Virus record (IMG/VR): IMGVR_UViG_3300011114_000465
Span: 1 to 55,653 of that record
Source of the DNA: a virus
Taxonomy: Duplodnaviria; Caudoviricetes
DNA: 55,653 nt
Strand: one strand, 5' to 3'
The position numbers were made by a program, and so were the translations under genes. The stretch's first letter is position 1; every line of letters starts with the position of its first letter. Under the pieces are notes generated by a model. The model was not told where the DNA came from. It did not search any database and was given only the letters and a program-made list of their open reading frames with translations. Positions 1 through 9,126 of this stretch are shown in pieces.

Positions 1-112
1 CGCTGTCTGCATCAAGCACGGTCTCCGGCACAGGGTTCAGTACATACCTGGCCAGCCCGCCTGCGATTGGCGGCACAGCGGCTGCTGCCGGTGCGTTCAC
101 CACGCTGTCTGC
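1..112 (+). repeat. Terminal overlap, identical to 55542-55653
   Basis: Direct sequence identity of first and last 112 nt. Confidence 0.95.
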
Positions 113-202
113 ATCAAGCACGGTCTCTGGCACAGGGTTCAGTACATACTTGGCCAGCCCTCCAGCGATTGGCGGCACAGCGGCTGCTGCCGGTACGTTT
201 AC
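1..202 (+). repeat. 102-bp (34-aa) tandem repeat in tail fibre gene
   Basis: CGCTGTCTGCATCAAGCACGG starts at 1 and 103; unit encodes LSASSTVSGTGFSTYLASPPAIGGTAAAAG(A/T)FTT. Confidence 0.9.
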
Positions 203-1091
203 AACCGTCACCGCAAACACTAGCGTCACCACGCCATTCGTCACTTCTGCTGCTGCAACATCGTTGCTTTTAAAGTCAGCAGGCACAACTGCCATCACGA
301 TTGACACAAGTCAGCGGGTCGGCATCAACGTCACGCCATCAACAGCCACAACAGCGCAGTTGCAAGTAACGGGCGGCACAACAAATGCAACCACACTTCT
401 CACGTCGTATTCACAAGCCACAGTTGCCTTAGTTCCAAAATCGTCTTCTGGATACTCGCTGGCTATTGCATCAGGCACAGGTGATCTTCCGCAGATACAG
501 GTCAGCACAAGTGGAACGGCGGCTGGAGCTTTGCTGATAAATCCTTATGGCGGCAATGTGGGGATTAACACATCTAGTGCGCCAGCAGGAAGTTTAGACG
601 TGGGCGGCAACGCATTCATGAACGGCTTGCGTTTGAATGGCGGAAATACAGCGGACACAATCTATCAGGCTACTGGAGATATTGGCATTTCAGTGGCTAC
701 TGCCGCAAACATAAAGTTCAATATCAACGGAACAAACCGTTTGACTTTAGATACCGTTGGCAGCTTAAACCTGTCTGGCTCGTACACCGAAGGCGTGGTC
801 GCAATTGGTAACTCAGGCACGGCTCAGACATTGTCCTTGGCCAACGGCACTGTGCAGACGGTCACCATGACAGGCAACTGCACGTTCACCATGCCAACAG
901 CCGTTGCCGGCAAATCGTTCATCTTGATCGTAAGCTCAGGCGCTGGCTCGTTTACAGGCACCTTCACTAGCGTGAAGTGGCCAAACAACGCAGCACCTAC
1001 ACTGACCACCACGGCAACCAGGTGGGACATTCTGACGTTCGTTTCCAACGGCACATCCTGGTACGGTAACTTTGCACAGGCATACGCATAA
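1..1091 (+). CDS. Tail fibre protein, 3' part (gene starts at 54989 and crosses the junction; ~547 aa if joined)
   Basis: Frame is continuous with 54989-55653; T/G/S/A-rich, with G(N/R)VGIN fibre repeats. Confidence 0.8.
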   Translation, partial: LSASSTVSGTGFSTYLASPPAIGGTAAAAGAFTTLSASSTVSGTGFSTYLASPPAIGGTAAAAGTFTTVTANTSVTTPFVTSAAATSLLLKSAGTTAITIDTSQRVGINVTPSTATTAQLQVTGGTTNATTLLTSYSQATVALVPKSSSGYSLAIASGTGDLPQIQVSTSGTAAGALLINPYGGNVGINTSSAPAGSLDVGGNAFMNGLRLNGGNTADTIYQATGDIGISVATAANIKFNINGTNRLTLDTVGSLNLSGSYTEGVVAIGNSGTAQTLSLANGTVQTVTMTGNCTFTMPTAVAGKSFILIVSSGAGSFTGTFTSVKWPNNAAPTLTTTATRWDILTFVSNGTSWYGNFAQAYA

Positions 1092-3580
1092 TGTTCTCAT
1101 CCAAGAATCAATTCCTAACAGGCGCTGGCGGCTACCAAATTCAGCGCAGTGTGCGTCTGCGCTCAAGTGCAAGCGGGTATTTCAATAGAACGCCTGGGAG
1201 TGCATCAAGCCGGACTACTTGGACGTGGAGTGGCTGGGTAAAACGTGGAGAGTTGTCAAGGTCAACTGTTGGTGGAGTAATAGGAATATTTGGCGCTGGA
1301 ACACTTGGGACGAGCCAATCAAATTTCAATTGCTACTTCAACAGCAACTTTGATATTTATTTGCAAGAAACGGTAAATAACGTATCAAATCAATTGATAT
1401 ATGAAACTACCTCTCTCTACCGTGACCCATCGGCTTGGTATCACATCATCATTGCGATGGATACAACGCAAGCCACTGCGTCAAATAGAACAAGAATATA
1501 TGTTAACGGCGTACTTGCACCCGGCTCGTTCTCCGTAACACCCGGACAAAACCAAACATTGTCTATCAACAATACCGTGCCTCAGTACATCGGTGGGGCG
1601 GGTGTCAATCCTCAAGCCTATGGCAACGTGCTTAGTTACCTTGATGGCTACCTCACTGAGATCAATTTTGTTGACGGCTACCCAACAGTATCAGGAACAA
1701 CCTATAACGCCACCACATGGGCGGCATTGAATGTTGCAACACTGTTTGGTGAAACAAACCCTGTCACTGGTGTATGGCAACCGAAAGCGTATATAGGCAC
1801 ATACGGCACAAACGGATATGAACTGAACTTTAGCGACAACTCCGCCTCTACTGCCGCAACCATTGGCAAAGACTACTCAGGCAACGGCAACAACTGGACA
1901 CCAAACAACATCAGCGTGACTGCTGGTGTTACATACGACTCCATGCTGGACACACCTACACCTTTTGCTGATGGCGGTAATGGCCGGGGGAACTACCCAG
2001 TCCTTAACCCAATCAAATTATTTGCCAATAATTTAACCATCACTGATGGCAATCTATCGGCGACGAATTCGTCGGCAACTGTCGCCACTCAAGCAGTTGC
2101 GTCCATGCGACTGCCGTCAACCGGCAAATGGTATTGGGAAGTCACAAACGTATCGGGCTCTGGATTGAACTGCTATGCTGGCATGGCTACTACTGAGGCG
2201 GTCGCCGATGGAAGCACGGTCACCAACAATATTGGCGGCTATCGATCAAATGGCGCAATAAATAATCTAGCTGGAACCGCGCAGACATCAGGCGCTACGT
2301 ATACAGCGGGTGACGTGATTGGCGTAGCAGTAGACGTTGATGCTGGCACTGTGCAGTTTTACAAAAACGGTGCAGCGCAAGGAGCAACCCCATCATTCAG
2401 TTTTACAGCCGGGACAATCATCGTTCCTGCGGTTGCCACTGACAACTCAGCAGGCACAAAAACCTTTGCAGCCAACTTTGGTCAACGCCCATTCAACAGC
2501 ACACCGCCCACTGGCTTTATTGCACTGAACACGCAGAACCTGCCTACGCCCAGTATCAGCAATGGCGCAAGCTACATGGCGGCTACTACATATACAGGTA
2601 CTGGGGCTTCTTTGGCTGTTACAAATACAGTCAATGGCATATCGTTTCAACCTGATTTTGTATGGACAAAAGTTCGCAACAACACTTACTCAAATCATCT
2701 TGAAGACGCTGTGCGCGGAGTCGGCCAGCGTTTGTTAAGTGATAGTACAGTAGTAGAAGCAACCGGTACAAATGGCAAACTGACAGCATTTAATTCAAAT
2801 GGATTTACGCAAGATGGCGGCGTAGAAGTTGGCGCATCTGCTGGTACTTACGTTGCTTGGCAATGGAACGCTGGCGGCTCAACTGTAACCAACACCAGCG
2901 GAACAATTTCAGCACAAGTAAGAGCAAATGCAACTGCTGGCTTTAGCGTGGTGACGTATACAGGCACAGGTGCTAACGCTACTGTTGGTCATGGCTTGGG
3001 TGTTGCGCCTAAGATGATAATACTTAAACCTAGAAGTATTGTTAGTTCATGGATTGTTTGGCACACCGCATTCGCTGGCACTGAATACATTGTCTTGGAA
3101 TCAACTGCCGCAAAAGCAACTTTGGCGGCTATGTGGAACAGCACAACTCCAACCAGCAGTGTTTTCAGCATTGGAACAAATGCCAACGTCAGTCAAAATG
3201 CAGCAACTTTTGTAGCCTACTGCTTTGCCGCAGTAGCTGGATACTCTGCATTTGGTAGCTACACAGGCAATGCAAGCACTGATGGGCCTTTTGTGTACAC
3301 AGGATTTAGACCGAGGTTTGTAATGTGGAAAAACGCATCCGCAGTAGGAGATTGGCAAATTTTTGATACATCTCGCAATCTATACAACTTAACAAACCTT
3401 GACCTTCGCCCCAATCTTTCGCAAGCCGAAACCACTCAAGCGACCACTAACCAGCCCTTAGATTTTTTATCAAACGGTTTTAAGATTAGAGGCAGTGGAG
3501 CAGGCGGCAACGGAAGCGGCAACACCATAATCTACGCCGCATTTGCCGAAAACCCATTCAAAAATTCACTTGCGAGGTAA
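1091..3580 (+). CDS. Tail/receptor-binding protein with LamG (ConA-like) and SPRY domains
   Basis: TWTWSGWVKR, DPSAWYHII, GKWYWEV, GDVIGVAVD motifs; follows tail fibre. Confidence 0.8.
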   Translation: MFSSKNQFLTGAGGYQIQRSVRLRSSASGYFNRTPGSASSRTTWTWSGWVKRGELSRSTVGGVIGIFGAGTLGTSQSNFNCYFNSNFDIYLQETVNNVSNQLIYETTSLYRDPSAWYHIIIAMDTTQATASNRTRIYVNGVLAPGSFSVTPGQNQTLSINNTVPQYIGGAGVNPQAYGNVLSYLDGYLTEINFVDGYPTVSGTTYNATTWAALNVATLFGETNPVTGVWQPKAYIGTYGTNGYELNFSDNSASTAATIGKDYSGNGNNWTPNNISVTAGVTYDSMLDTPTPFADGGNGRGNYPVLNPIKLFANNLTITDGNLSATNSSATVATQAVASMRLPSTGKWYWEVTNVSGSGLNCYAGMATTEAVADGSTVTNNIGGYRSNGAINNLAGTAQTSGATYTAGDVIGVAVDVDAGTVQFYKNGAAQGATPSFSFTAGTIIVPAVATDNSAGTKTFAANFGQRPFNSTPPTGFIALNTQNLPTPSISNGASYMAATTYTGTGASLAVTNTVNGISFQPDFVWTKVRNNTYSNHLEDAVRGVGQRLLSDSTVVEATGTNGKLTAFNSNGFTQDGGVEVGASAGTYVAWQWNAGGSTVTNTSGTISAQVRANATAGFSVVTYTGTGANATVGHGLGVAPKMIILKPRSIVSSWIVWHTAFAGTEYIVLESTAAKATLAAMWNSTTPTSSVFSIGTNANVSQNAATFVAYCFAAVAGYSAFGSYTGNASTDGPFVYTGFRPRFVMWKNASAVGDWQIFDTSRNLYNLTNLDLRPNLSQAETTQATTNQPLDFLSNGFKIRGSGAGGNGSGNTIIYAAFAENPFKNSLAR

Positions 3581-3583
3581 CAC

Positions 3584-4015
3584 ATGTTTTTACTCAACGG
3601 CAACCCACTACCCATCGACACCCCCTTTGAGATCGACGGCACTCAGTACCCATCCAACTGGCTACGCCTGACATCCATCGAAGAAAAGAACGCGGTTGGC
3701 ATCACCGAGGTTGCAGACCCTGAACACTACGACGACCGCTTCTACTGGGGCGTAGACAACCCCAAAGACTTGGCCGGTCTCAAAACCATCTGGACCGCCC
3801 AGGTTAAAGACACCACCAACAAGCTCTTGGCCGCGACTGACTGGATGTACATCCGCAAGTTGGAACGCAACGTAGACGTGCCTGCGGCCACGGTAACATA
3901 CCGCGCGGCAGTCATTACCGAATGCACCAGGTTGATCGCAAGCATCGATGCTGCCACCGACGTACCTGGTTTGATCACCGCCGTAACAACACAAACCTGG
4001 CCTGAAAGTGCGTAA
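3584..4015 (+). CDS. Tail fibre assembly/chaperone-like protein
   Basis: LLAATDW..R and terminal WP motifs; position after fibre genes. Confidence 0.6.
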   Translation: MFLLNGNPLPIDTPFEIDGTQYPSNWLRLTSIEEKNAVGITEVADPEHYDDRFYWGVDNPKDLAGLKTIWTAQVKDTTNKLLAATDWMYIRKLERNVDVPAATVTYRAAVITECTRLIASIDAATDVPGLITAVTTQTWPESA

Positions 4016-4212
4016 TGGAAAACAACCTTGAAAAAGACTTTGCCGTGCATGAGGCAATTTGCGCTCAACGCTATGAAGCCATCGAAGCAAAACTGGAAGC
4101 CGGTAAGCAGCGCATGAAGATGATAGAGATTCAACTCTATATCGTGATCGGCGCTATCTTGTTTGGCCCAGGTGTTGCTGCTGACATCGTGAAGAAGTTG
4201 TTGGGGCTGTAA
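4015..4212 (+). CDS. Small membrane protein (coiled coil + C-terminal TM), holin/antiholin-like
   Basis: HEAICAQRY motif, one TM; start of lysis cassette. Confidence 0.55.
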   Translation: MENNLEKDFAVHEAICAQRYEAIEAKLEAGKQRMKMIEIQLYIVIGAILFGPGVAADIVKKLLGL

Positions 4213-4216
4213 CGAT

Positions 4217-4924
4217 GTGGACCCCATATCGCTATGCCTTCTTGCTGCTGGATTAGTTAAGCAAATCCAGGCTGGGTGCGACCTTTATCGTGAGGCGAAA
4301 ACCCAGTTCATCCAGGTTAAGAAGACGGCTGACGAAGTCATAGCGATCGGTAAAGAAGCCCAGGGTTTCTTTACCAAGTTGGTTCAGTTTTTCAGTCCTG
4401 CGCCAGCAAAGCCCTCCAGTCCGGTTGCGGGCAAGCCCGCAGCAAAGAAAAAAGAAAAGTTCGTCGAAGTCGACGAACAACAAATCCTCAACGATGTCGT
4501 AGCCCGGCTCATCGAGTTCTTCCACCTTCAGGAGCAGCTCGCGGCTCACATACGCGAGGAGGAAGAAAAGTCACGAACTGTGTACGACCCCAACGCCAAC
4601 CTGATGGAAGCGGCGATCAAGAGGGTCAGGGCGCAGGACCAGATGGACCAGCTTGTCATCACCATAAGAGAGGCGATGACCTGGAACGCTCCGCCGGAAC
4701 TTGGTGCCCTGTACAGCAAGGTATTCGAGATGCGTGAAATTGTTGGTGCTGAACAGGAGGCTGCCAGGCTGGCGCAAGAATCAATTGCTAAAAGGAAGCG
4801 ATGGCAACGTCAGCAAAGAGAGGCGGACCGCAATCTAAAAATCGGAGCCAGCCTCCTGACTTTGGCTCTTATCGGATACCTGTGGATGTGGCTCCTGTGG
4901 GTCCAACACGCGAGGACACTTTGA
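4217..4924 (+). CDS. Coiled-coil membrane-anchored protein, lysis cassette
   Basis: 235 aa, MDPIS start, C-terminal TM. Confidence 0.6.
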   Translation: MDPISLCLLAAGLVKQIQAGCDLYREAKTQFIQVKKTADEVIAIGKEAQGFFTKLVQFFSPAPAKPSSPVAGKPAAKKKEKFVEVDEQQILNDVVARLIEFFHLQEQLAAHIREEEEKSRTVYDPNANLMEAAIKRVRAQDQMDQLVITIREAMTWNAPPELGALYSKVFEMREIVGAEQEAARLAQESIAKRKRWQRQQREADRNLKIGASLLTLALIGYLWMWLLWVQHARTL

Positions 4925-5154
4925 TGGGCGTACTGGGTTGGGTTCTTGCTGTGATTCTTGTGGCGTTCATGTTGCCCTTGCTTGGCTTTTTGTATCTGGA
5001 CATTTTGGAAGCTAAGCATGAGGCCAAAGCTCAACTGGAGCAGGTCCAAAAACTTAGACGCGAAATTGAAAAACAACAGCGGGACAATCGAAAGACAAAT
5101 GAGTTTTCCGACAACCCACTTTTTGACCGAAGGAGTAAGCGTGAACATTTTTGA
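4924..5154 (+). CDS. N-terminal TM + coiled-coil protein (76 aa)
   Basis: ATG overlaps upstream TGA; MGVLGWVLAVILVAFMLPLLGFLY hydrophobic segment. Confidence 0.6.
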   Translation: MGVLGWVLAVILVAFMLPLLGFLYLDILEAKHEAKAQLEQVQKLRREIEKQQRDNRKTNEFSDNPLFDRRSKREHF

Positions 5155-5326
5155 AATCTGGATTTTGTCGATCATGGTGGTCCTACTGTTTGGATGCGAA
5201 GACCACTTCCGATATCCATGCCAGGACCCAAAGAACTGGGCAGCCACTGAATGCAAACCGCCGATCTGTACGGCCACTGGCACCTGTCCTGAACAGCTTG
5301 TTAAACCTGAACCGGAGAAGAAGTAA
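5141..5326 (+). CDS. Cys-rich lipoprotein (61 aa)
   Basis: AAGGAG RBS before GTG; signal peptide with LFGC lipobox; four further Cys. Confidence 0.7.
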   Translation: MNIFEIWILSIMVVLLFGCEDHFRYPCQDPKNWAATECKPPICTATGTCPEQLVKPEPEKK

Positions 5327-5646
5327 TGCCGACAGTCGTAATGAATCAAAAGCATCGCATGGCCGTTGAAGAGATCGAAGTCCGAGTCTGGGCGTTCGTG
5401 ATCACAGCCCTGGTCCTGATCCTGCTTGGATCGATGGCCATGTTCTTGTACAGCGTCAGCTTTGTTCAACAGCCCATGGCTGCCATGGCACCCATCGACA
5501 AGGTGTACACGCAACAGATCAGCACAATCATGGTGTTCATCACCGGCGTGCTGGGTGGTGTTGCCGGTCGTTCTGGTGTCAAGGCTGTGGCCAACGCGAT
5601 TGCCAAGGCCGAAGCAAACGACAACGATGAACCGCCTGCGCCATGA
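5326..5646 (+). CDS. Two-TM membrane protein, holin candidate
   Basis: Two hydrophobic helices; directly upstream of spanins/endolysin. Confidence 0.55.
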   Translation: MPTVVMNQKHRMAVEEIEVRVWAFVITALVLILLGSMAMFLYSVSFVQQPMAAMAPIDKVYTQQISTIMVFITGVLGGVAGRSGVKAVANAIAKAEANDNDEPPAP

Positions 5647-6110
5647 GTATCTTCAACCCCTGGGTGCTGCTTGGCATCATTGCCGCCATCTTCACCAGTT
5701 TTGGTGGCGGCTATTACAAAGGAAAACATGATGAATCAAATCGCAATCAAATTGAAGTTGCTCGTCTCAATGCTGAAGCTCGACAGACTGAGCAGCGCAT
5801 GGGCGAAGTTGCTCGAACGTATTCGGAAACACTGAGGAAATCTCAAAATGCTGCACAAGCTAAAGAAACTAAGTTGCGTGCTGATCTTGCCACTGGCGAG
5901 CGCAAGCTGTTCATTCCTGTCAAAGCCGCCGAGTGTGCCGTACCAGCCGCCGCAGATTCCTCCACTCCCAGTGGAGATACAGAAACAAGAGCCGAACTTG
6001 ACGGACGAATTGCTCAAGCTCTTGTCGATCTCACCAGCCGAGGTGACCAAGCCATCCGCAGTCTCAACACCTGCGTCGACCAATACAACCAAATGAGGAC
6101 CATGAAATGA
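5643..6110 (+). CDS. Rz: Rz-like inner-membrane spanin
   Basis: N-terminal TM, coiled coil, C-terminal RGDQAIRSLNTC motif. Confidence 0.85.
   Translation: MSIFNPWVLLGIIAAIFTSFGGGYYKGKHDESNRNQIEVARLNAEARQTEQRMGEVARTYSETLRKSQNAAQAKETKLRADLATGERKLFIPVKAAECAVPAAADSSTPSGDTETRAELDGRIAQALVDLTSRGDQAIRSLNTCVDQYNQMRTMK
5848..6096 (+). CDS. Rz1: Rz1-like outer-membrane lipoprotein spanin embedded in Rz
   Basis: +1 frame inside Rz; basic N-terminus, ASASC lipobox-like site, Pro-rich mature part. Confidence 0.7.
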   Translation: MLHKLKKLSCVLILPLASASCSFLSKPPSVPYQPPQIPPLPVEIQKQEPNLTDELLKLLSISPAEVTKPSAVSTPASTNTTK

Positions 6111-6571
6111 ACTTATCCGCCAACTTCACCTTGAAAGAACTGACCAAGTCAGACACAGCCACCCGCCTGGGCATCGACAACACGCCCGACGAGGCCACAA
6201 TCGAAAACCTGAAGACCCTATGCGAGAACGTCCTCCAGCGCGTGCGCGACCACTTTGGCAAATCAGTGACCGTCAACAGCGGCTACCGCAGCCCTGAGTC
6301 CAATGCAGCCGTGGGCGGCAGCAAAACGTCTGACCACTGCAAGGGCCAGGCCGCTGACATCGAGATCGATGGCGTGCCCAACCCTGAGCTGGCCCAATGG
6401 ATCATGGATAACTGCGACTACACGCAGCTGATCCTGGAGTTTTACACCCAAGGCCAACCGAGTTCCGGCTGGGTCCACGTCTCTTACGACCCGAACAACC
6501 TGAAGAAACAAGAGCTGACCGCCGTCAAGGTGGCTGGCAAAACTCAGTATTTACCAGGATTGCAAGCGTAG
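6107..6571 (+). CDS. Endolysin, peptidase M15A family
   Basis: SGYRS, SDHCKGQAAD, WVHVSY zinc-peptidase motifs. Confidence 0.92.
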   Translation: MNLSANFTLKELTKSDTATRLGIDNTPDEATIENLKTLCENVLQRVRDHFGKSVTVNSGYRSPESNAAVGGSKTSDHCKGQAADIEIDGVPNPELAQWIMDNCDYTQLILEFYTQGQPSSGWVHVSYDPNNLKKQELTAVKVAGKTQYLPGLQA

Positions 6572-6572
6572 C

Positions 6573-6622
6573 TTGCGCCCAACATGCCTATGGCATAAAA
6601 TCTTTGTAGGGACCTCGCGTCC
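6573..6622 (+). promoter_or_regulatory. Late promoter with conserved 5' hairpin
   Basis: TTGCGC-17-TAAAAT followed by GGGACCTCGCGTCC; near-identical to 48402-48452. Confidence 0.75.
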
Positions 6623-6624
6623 GC

Positions 6625-6655
6625 AAAAAGCCGCTTTCGAGCGGCTTTTTCTTTT
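6625..6655 (+). terminator. Intrinsic terminator directly after promoter
   Basis: AAAAAGCCGC-tttcga-GCGGCTTTTT + T-rich tail. Confidence 0.85.
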
Positions 6656-6664
6656 GGAGCTTAC

Positions 6665-7651
6665 ATGGCAACAGCAGCAAATCCTTTTGACATTCAGACC
6701 GGGGGCACAACCGGCGGCACACTCACGCCAGGTACGGACACAACTGCCGCCCAGTTTGACCCGGTGCAGCGCCAGGTAAACGCCGCACAGGACACCACCT
6801 CTGGCCAGTTGCAGCGCATCATGGCCGAAGACAACCCGCTCATGCAGCAGGCACGCGCACAGGCCAAGCAAGGCATGGCAGCACGCGGCCTGGTCAACAG
6901 CTCTATGGCCCAAGGCGCGGGCGTTGCAGCCATGCTAGAGAAGGCCACACCGATTGCAAAGGCCGATGCCGATACTTATTTCAGTCAAGGCATAACCAAC
7001 CAGAATTCAGCCAACGTAGGTGGCCAGTTCAACGTCGGCCAGCAAAACCAGTTTGGCTTGCAAAAAGGTGCTCAGACATTTCAAGCTGGCCAACTGGCCA
7101 ACCAGCAAACATTCACGGCCACCCAAGCTGGCCTGGAACGCGAACAGCAATCCAAGCTGCAAGTGGCCCAACAGAACTTTACCGGTGCTCAGTCCGCCCT
7201 GGATCGCGCTCAGCAGCTGGCCTTGACCGACAAAAGCGTCCAGGCCCAGGCTGCATTGCAAAAAGCACAGCAAGATTTTGCTGGCGCTCAGGCTGGTCTG
7301 GACCGTGCGCAGCAAACAGCGTTGCAAACCGGCCAGCAAACCTTTACTGCTCAACAGGCAGCCCTTGACCGAACCCAAAGAACCGAGTTGCAAAACGATC
7401 AGCAGGCAGCGGCCCTGGAACAGATCGGGTTTAAGGCTAAGGTTGATTTGCAAAACATCCCGACCGCGTTTGCAGCCAACATCACCAACACCACCATGAG
7501 CGGCGTTAATTCAATCATGGCTGATGGCACGATGACGGCAGATGCTAAGAAGGCAGCCATCACCAACTTGATCACTTATGCCAACGCGCAAGTGGATTGG
7601 GCAAACAAGTTTTACAGTGCGGCCATTCCTCCCATCACACAACCGAAATGA
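6665..7651 (+). CDS. Internal virion/ejection protein (Q/A-rich)
   Basis: ARGLVNSS motif, repeated QxFxxxQxxLDR units; GGAG RBS. Confidence 0.65.
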   Translation: MATAANPFDIQTGGTTGGTLTPGTDTTAAQFDPVQRQVNAAQDTTSGQLQRIMAEDNPLMQQARAQAKQGMAARGLVNSSMAQGAGVAAMLEKATPIAKADADTYFSQGITNQNSANVGGQFNVGQQNQFGLQKGAQTFQAGQLANQQTFTATQAGLEREQQSKLQVAQQNFTGAQSALDRAQQLALTDKSVQAQAALQKAQQDFAGAQAGLDRAQQTALQTGQQTFTAQQAALDRTQRTELQNDQQAAALEQIGFKAKVDLQNIPTAFAANITNTTMSGVNSIMADGTMTADAKKAAITNLITYANAQVDWANKFYSAAIPPITQPK

Positions 7652-8094
7652 TTTACCGCAAAGCCAAATTAGAAGACGTGCCAGCCATCGTAGAGTTGGC
7701 CGTCATCTCTGTATCAAACGATCCGTTGCCCGTCAAAATCGACAAGTTGTCAATGGCGGACACGGCCAAGGTGTGTTTGAACCCAGCTCACTTTTTGTGG
7801 GTTGCTGAAGACGAGGACGGCAAGATTGTTGCCGCGTTTGCTGCATGTGTTCAAAAGAGTTTCTGGTTTGAACGCATGCAGTGTTCGGTGCTCTTGTATT
7901 ACACGACTGTCAAAGGCGCGGGCATTCAGTTGATTCGCGAATTTGCCAGATGGGTCAAAAGCAGATCGGGTATCAAGGTGGCAGTTATTTCATTGGAGCC
8001 AGGCGTGGATGAGCGCCTGGTTAAGTTTTTCAAACGCGTTGGGTTCTCGCGAGAGTCGCTCAACCTAACTTACGTTCGAGGAGTCTCAGCATGA
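7648..8094 (+). CDS. GNAT acetyltransferase-like protein
   Basis: IYRKAKLEDVPAI start, GAGIQLI, FFKRVGF; ATGA overlap gives start at 7648. Confidence 0.7.
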   Translation: MIYRKAKLEDVPAIVELAVISVSNDPLPVKIDKLSMADTAKVCLNPAHFLWVAEDEDGKIVAAFAACVQKSFWFERMQCSVLLYYTTVKGAGIQLIREFARWVKSRSGIKVAVISLEPGVDERLVKFFKRVGFSRESLNLTYVRGVSA

Positions 8095-9116
8095 GCAAAG
8101 TAGTTTCAGGCATTGGCAATGCTGTTAGCGGTGTCCTTAAAGGCGCTGTCAGCGTTGTCAAAAGTATTGGCGAAGGCGTTGGCAAAGTTGTTAAATCAAT
8201 CGCCAGTTCACCCATCGGCAAAGCGATTTTGATCGCTGGTGCAATTTACTTTGGAGGGGCAGCTCTAGCAGGCGGCTATGGCTCTGCCATGGGGGGTGGA
8301 TCGTTCTTCACGGGGATGGGGGCTGGAGTGTCGAGCGCGGCATCCAGCCTCTCCAGTGCTTGGACCTCTGCCATGGCCGGTAACTTTGCTGAAGCTGGCT
8401 CCACGATTGGCGGCTCATGGTCAACCGCTGCCCAGTCTGGCGCAATGACCAGCCCTGGTTATGCAGCCGCTTTAAGTGAGCCTACAGTGTCGTTAGCGGA
8501 AGCTCCCGCCGCTCCTAGCGCCGCTCCTAGCGCCGCTCCTAACGTGCCGCCTACTTATGAGGAACAAGTGAAAATGCTTGACTCGATTGGGGCCGAGTCC
8601 GGTGAGGTTGGAGATCAAGTCTCTCGAATGGATTTAAAGCAACTGTCAAATGTCGACCCGGCTGCTTCTCAATACAGTTTGAATGGGCCAGGCGTATCAA
8701 ATGGCGGTCTCACTCAGACAAGTGCTGGATACACCGGCGGCAACGGCATAAACCTAGGTAATACCTCAATACCGTACAACCCATCCTCGCCTGGAGTGAT
8801 GAGTAGCATTTGGAACAGCCCATACACCGCACCGGCTTTGATCAGTGGCGGCATGCAAGTTGGCGGCGCGATTATTCAAGGCAAGGCTCAAGAAGAAGCA
8901 CTGAAAGAGCAACGCGAGTATGAAGCCCGTATGGCCGCAGAAGCCCGTGCTCGTTACAACACCAACGTGGGTGCTCAGTTGTGGGACCCTAACCAACAGA
9001 CAGCCATTTATCAAAATCAAGGCCCAGCTTGGGACCCGTATGCTGAAGCTCGCGCACGCGCTGCGCAGTACGCGCCTGCGCCCACCGGCTTGGCTGCAAA
9101 ATACATGAACGCTTAA
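8091..9116 (+). CDS. Internal virion/ejection protein (Gly/Ala/Ser-rich, hydrophobic N-region)
   Basis: Composition and position typical of podovirus pilot proteins. Confidence 0.6.
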   Translation: MSKVVSGIGNAVSGVLKGAVSVVKSIGEGVGKVVKSIASSPIGKAILIAGAIYFGGAALAGGYGSAMGGGSFFTGMGAGVSSAASSLSSAWTSAMAGNFAEAGSTIGGSWSTAAQSGAMTSPGYAAALSEPTVSLAEAPAAPSAAPSAAPNVPPTYEEQVKMLDSIGAESGEVGDQVSRMDLKQLSNVDPAASQYSLNGPGVSNGGLTQTSAGYTGGNGINLGNTSIPYNPSSPGVMSSIWNSPYTAPALISGGMQVGGAIIQGKAQEEALKEQREYEARMAAEARARYNTNVGAQLWDPNQQTAIYQNQGPAWDPYAEARARAAQYAPAPTGLAAKYMNA

Positions 9117-9126
9117 AGGAAACATC

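Noticed and set aside
1-3580. Diversity-generating retroelement acting on tail genes
   Set aside because: No reverse transcriptase and no adenine-specific TR/VR pair seen
8508-8543. 12-bp tandem repeat (AAPS x3)
   Set aside because: Ordinary in-frame linker expansion
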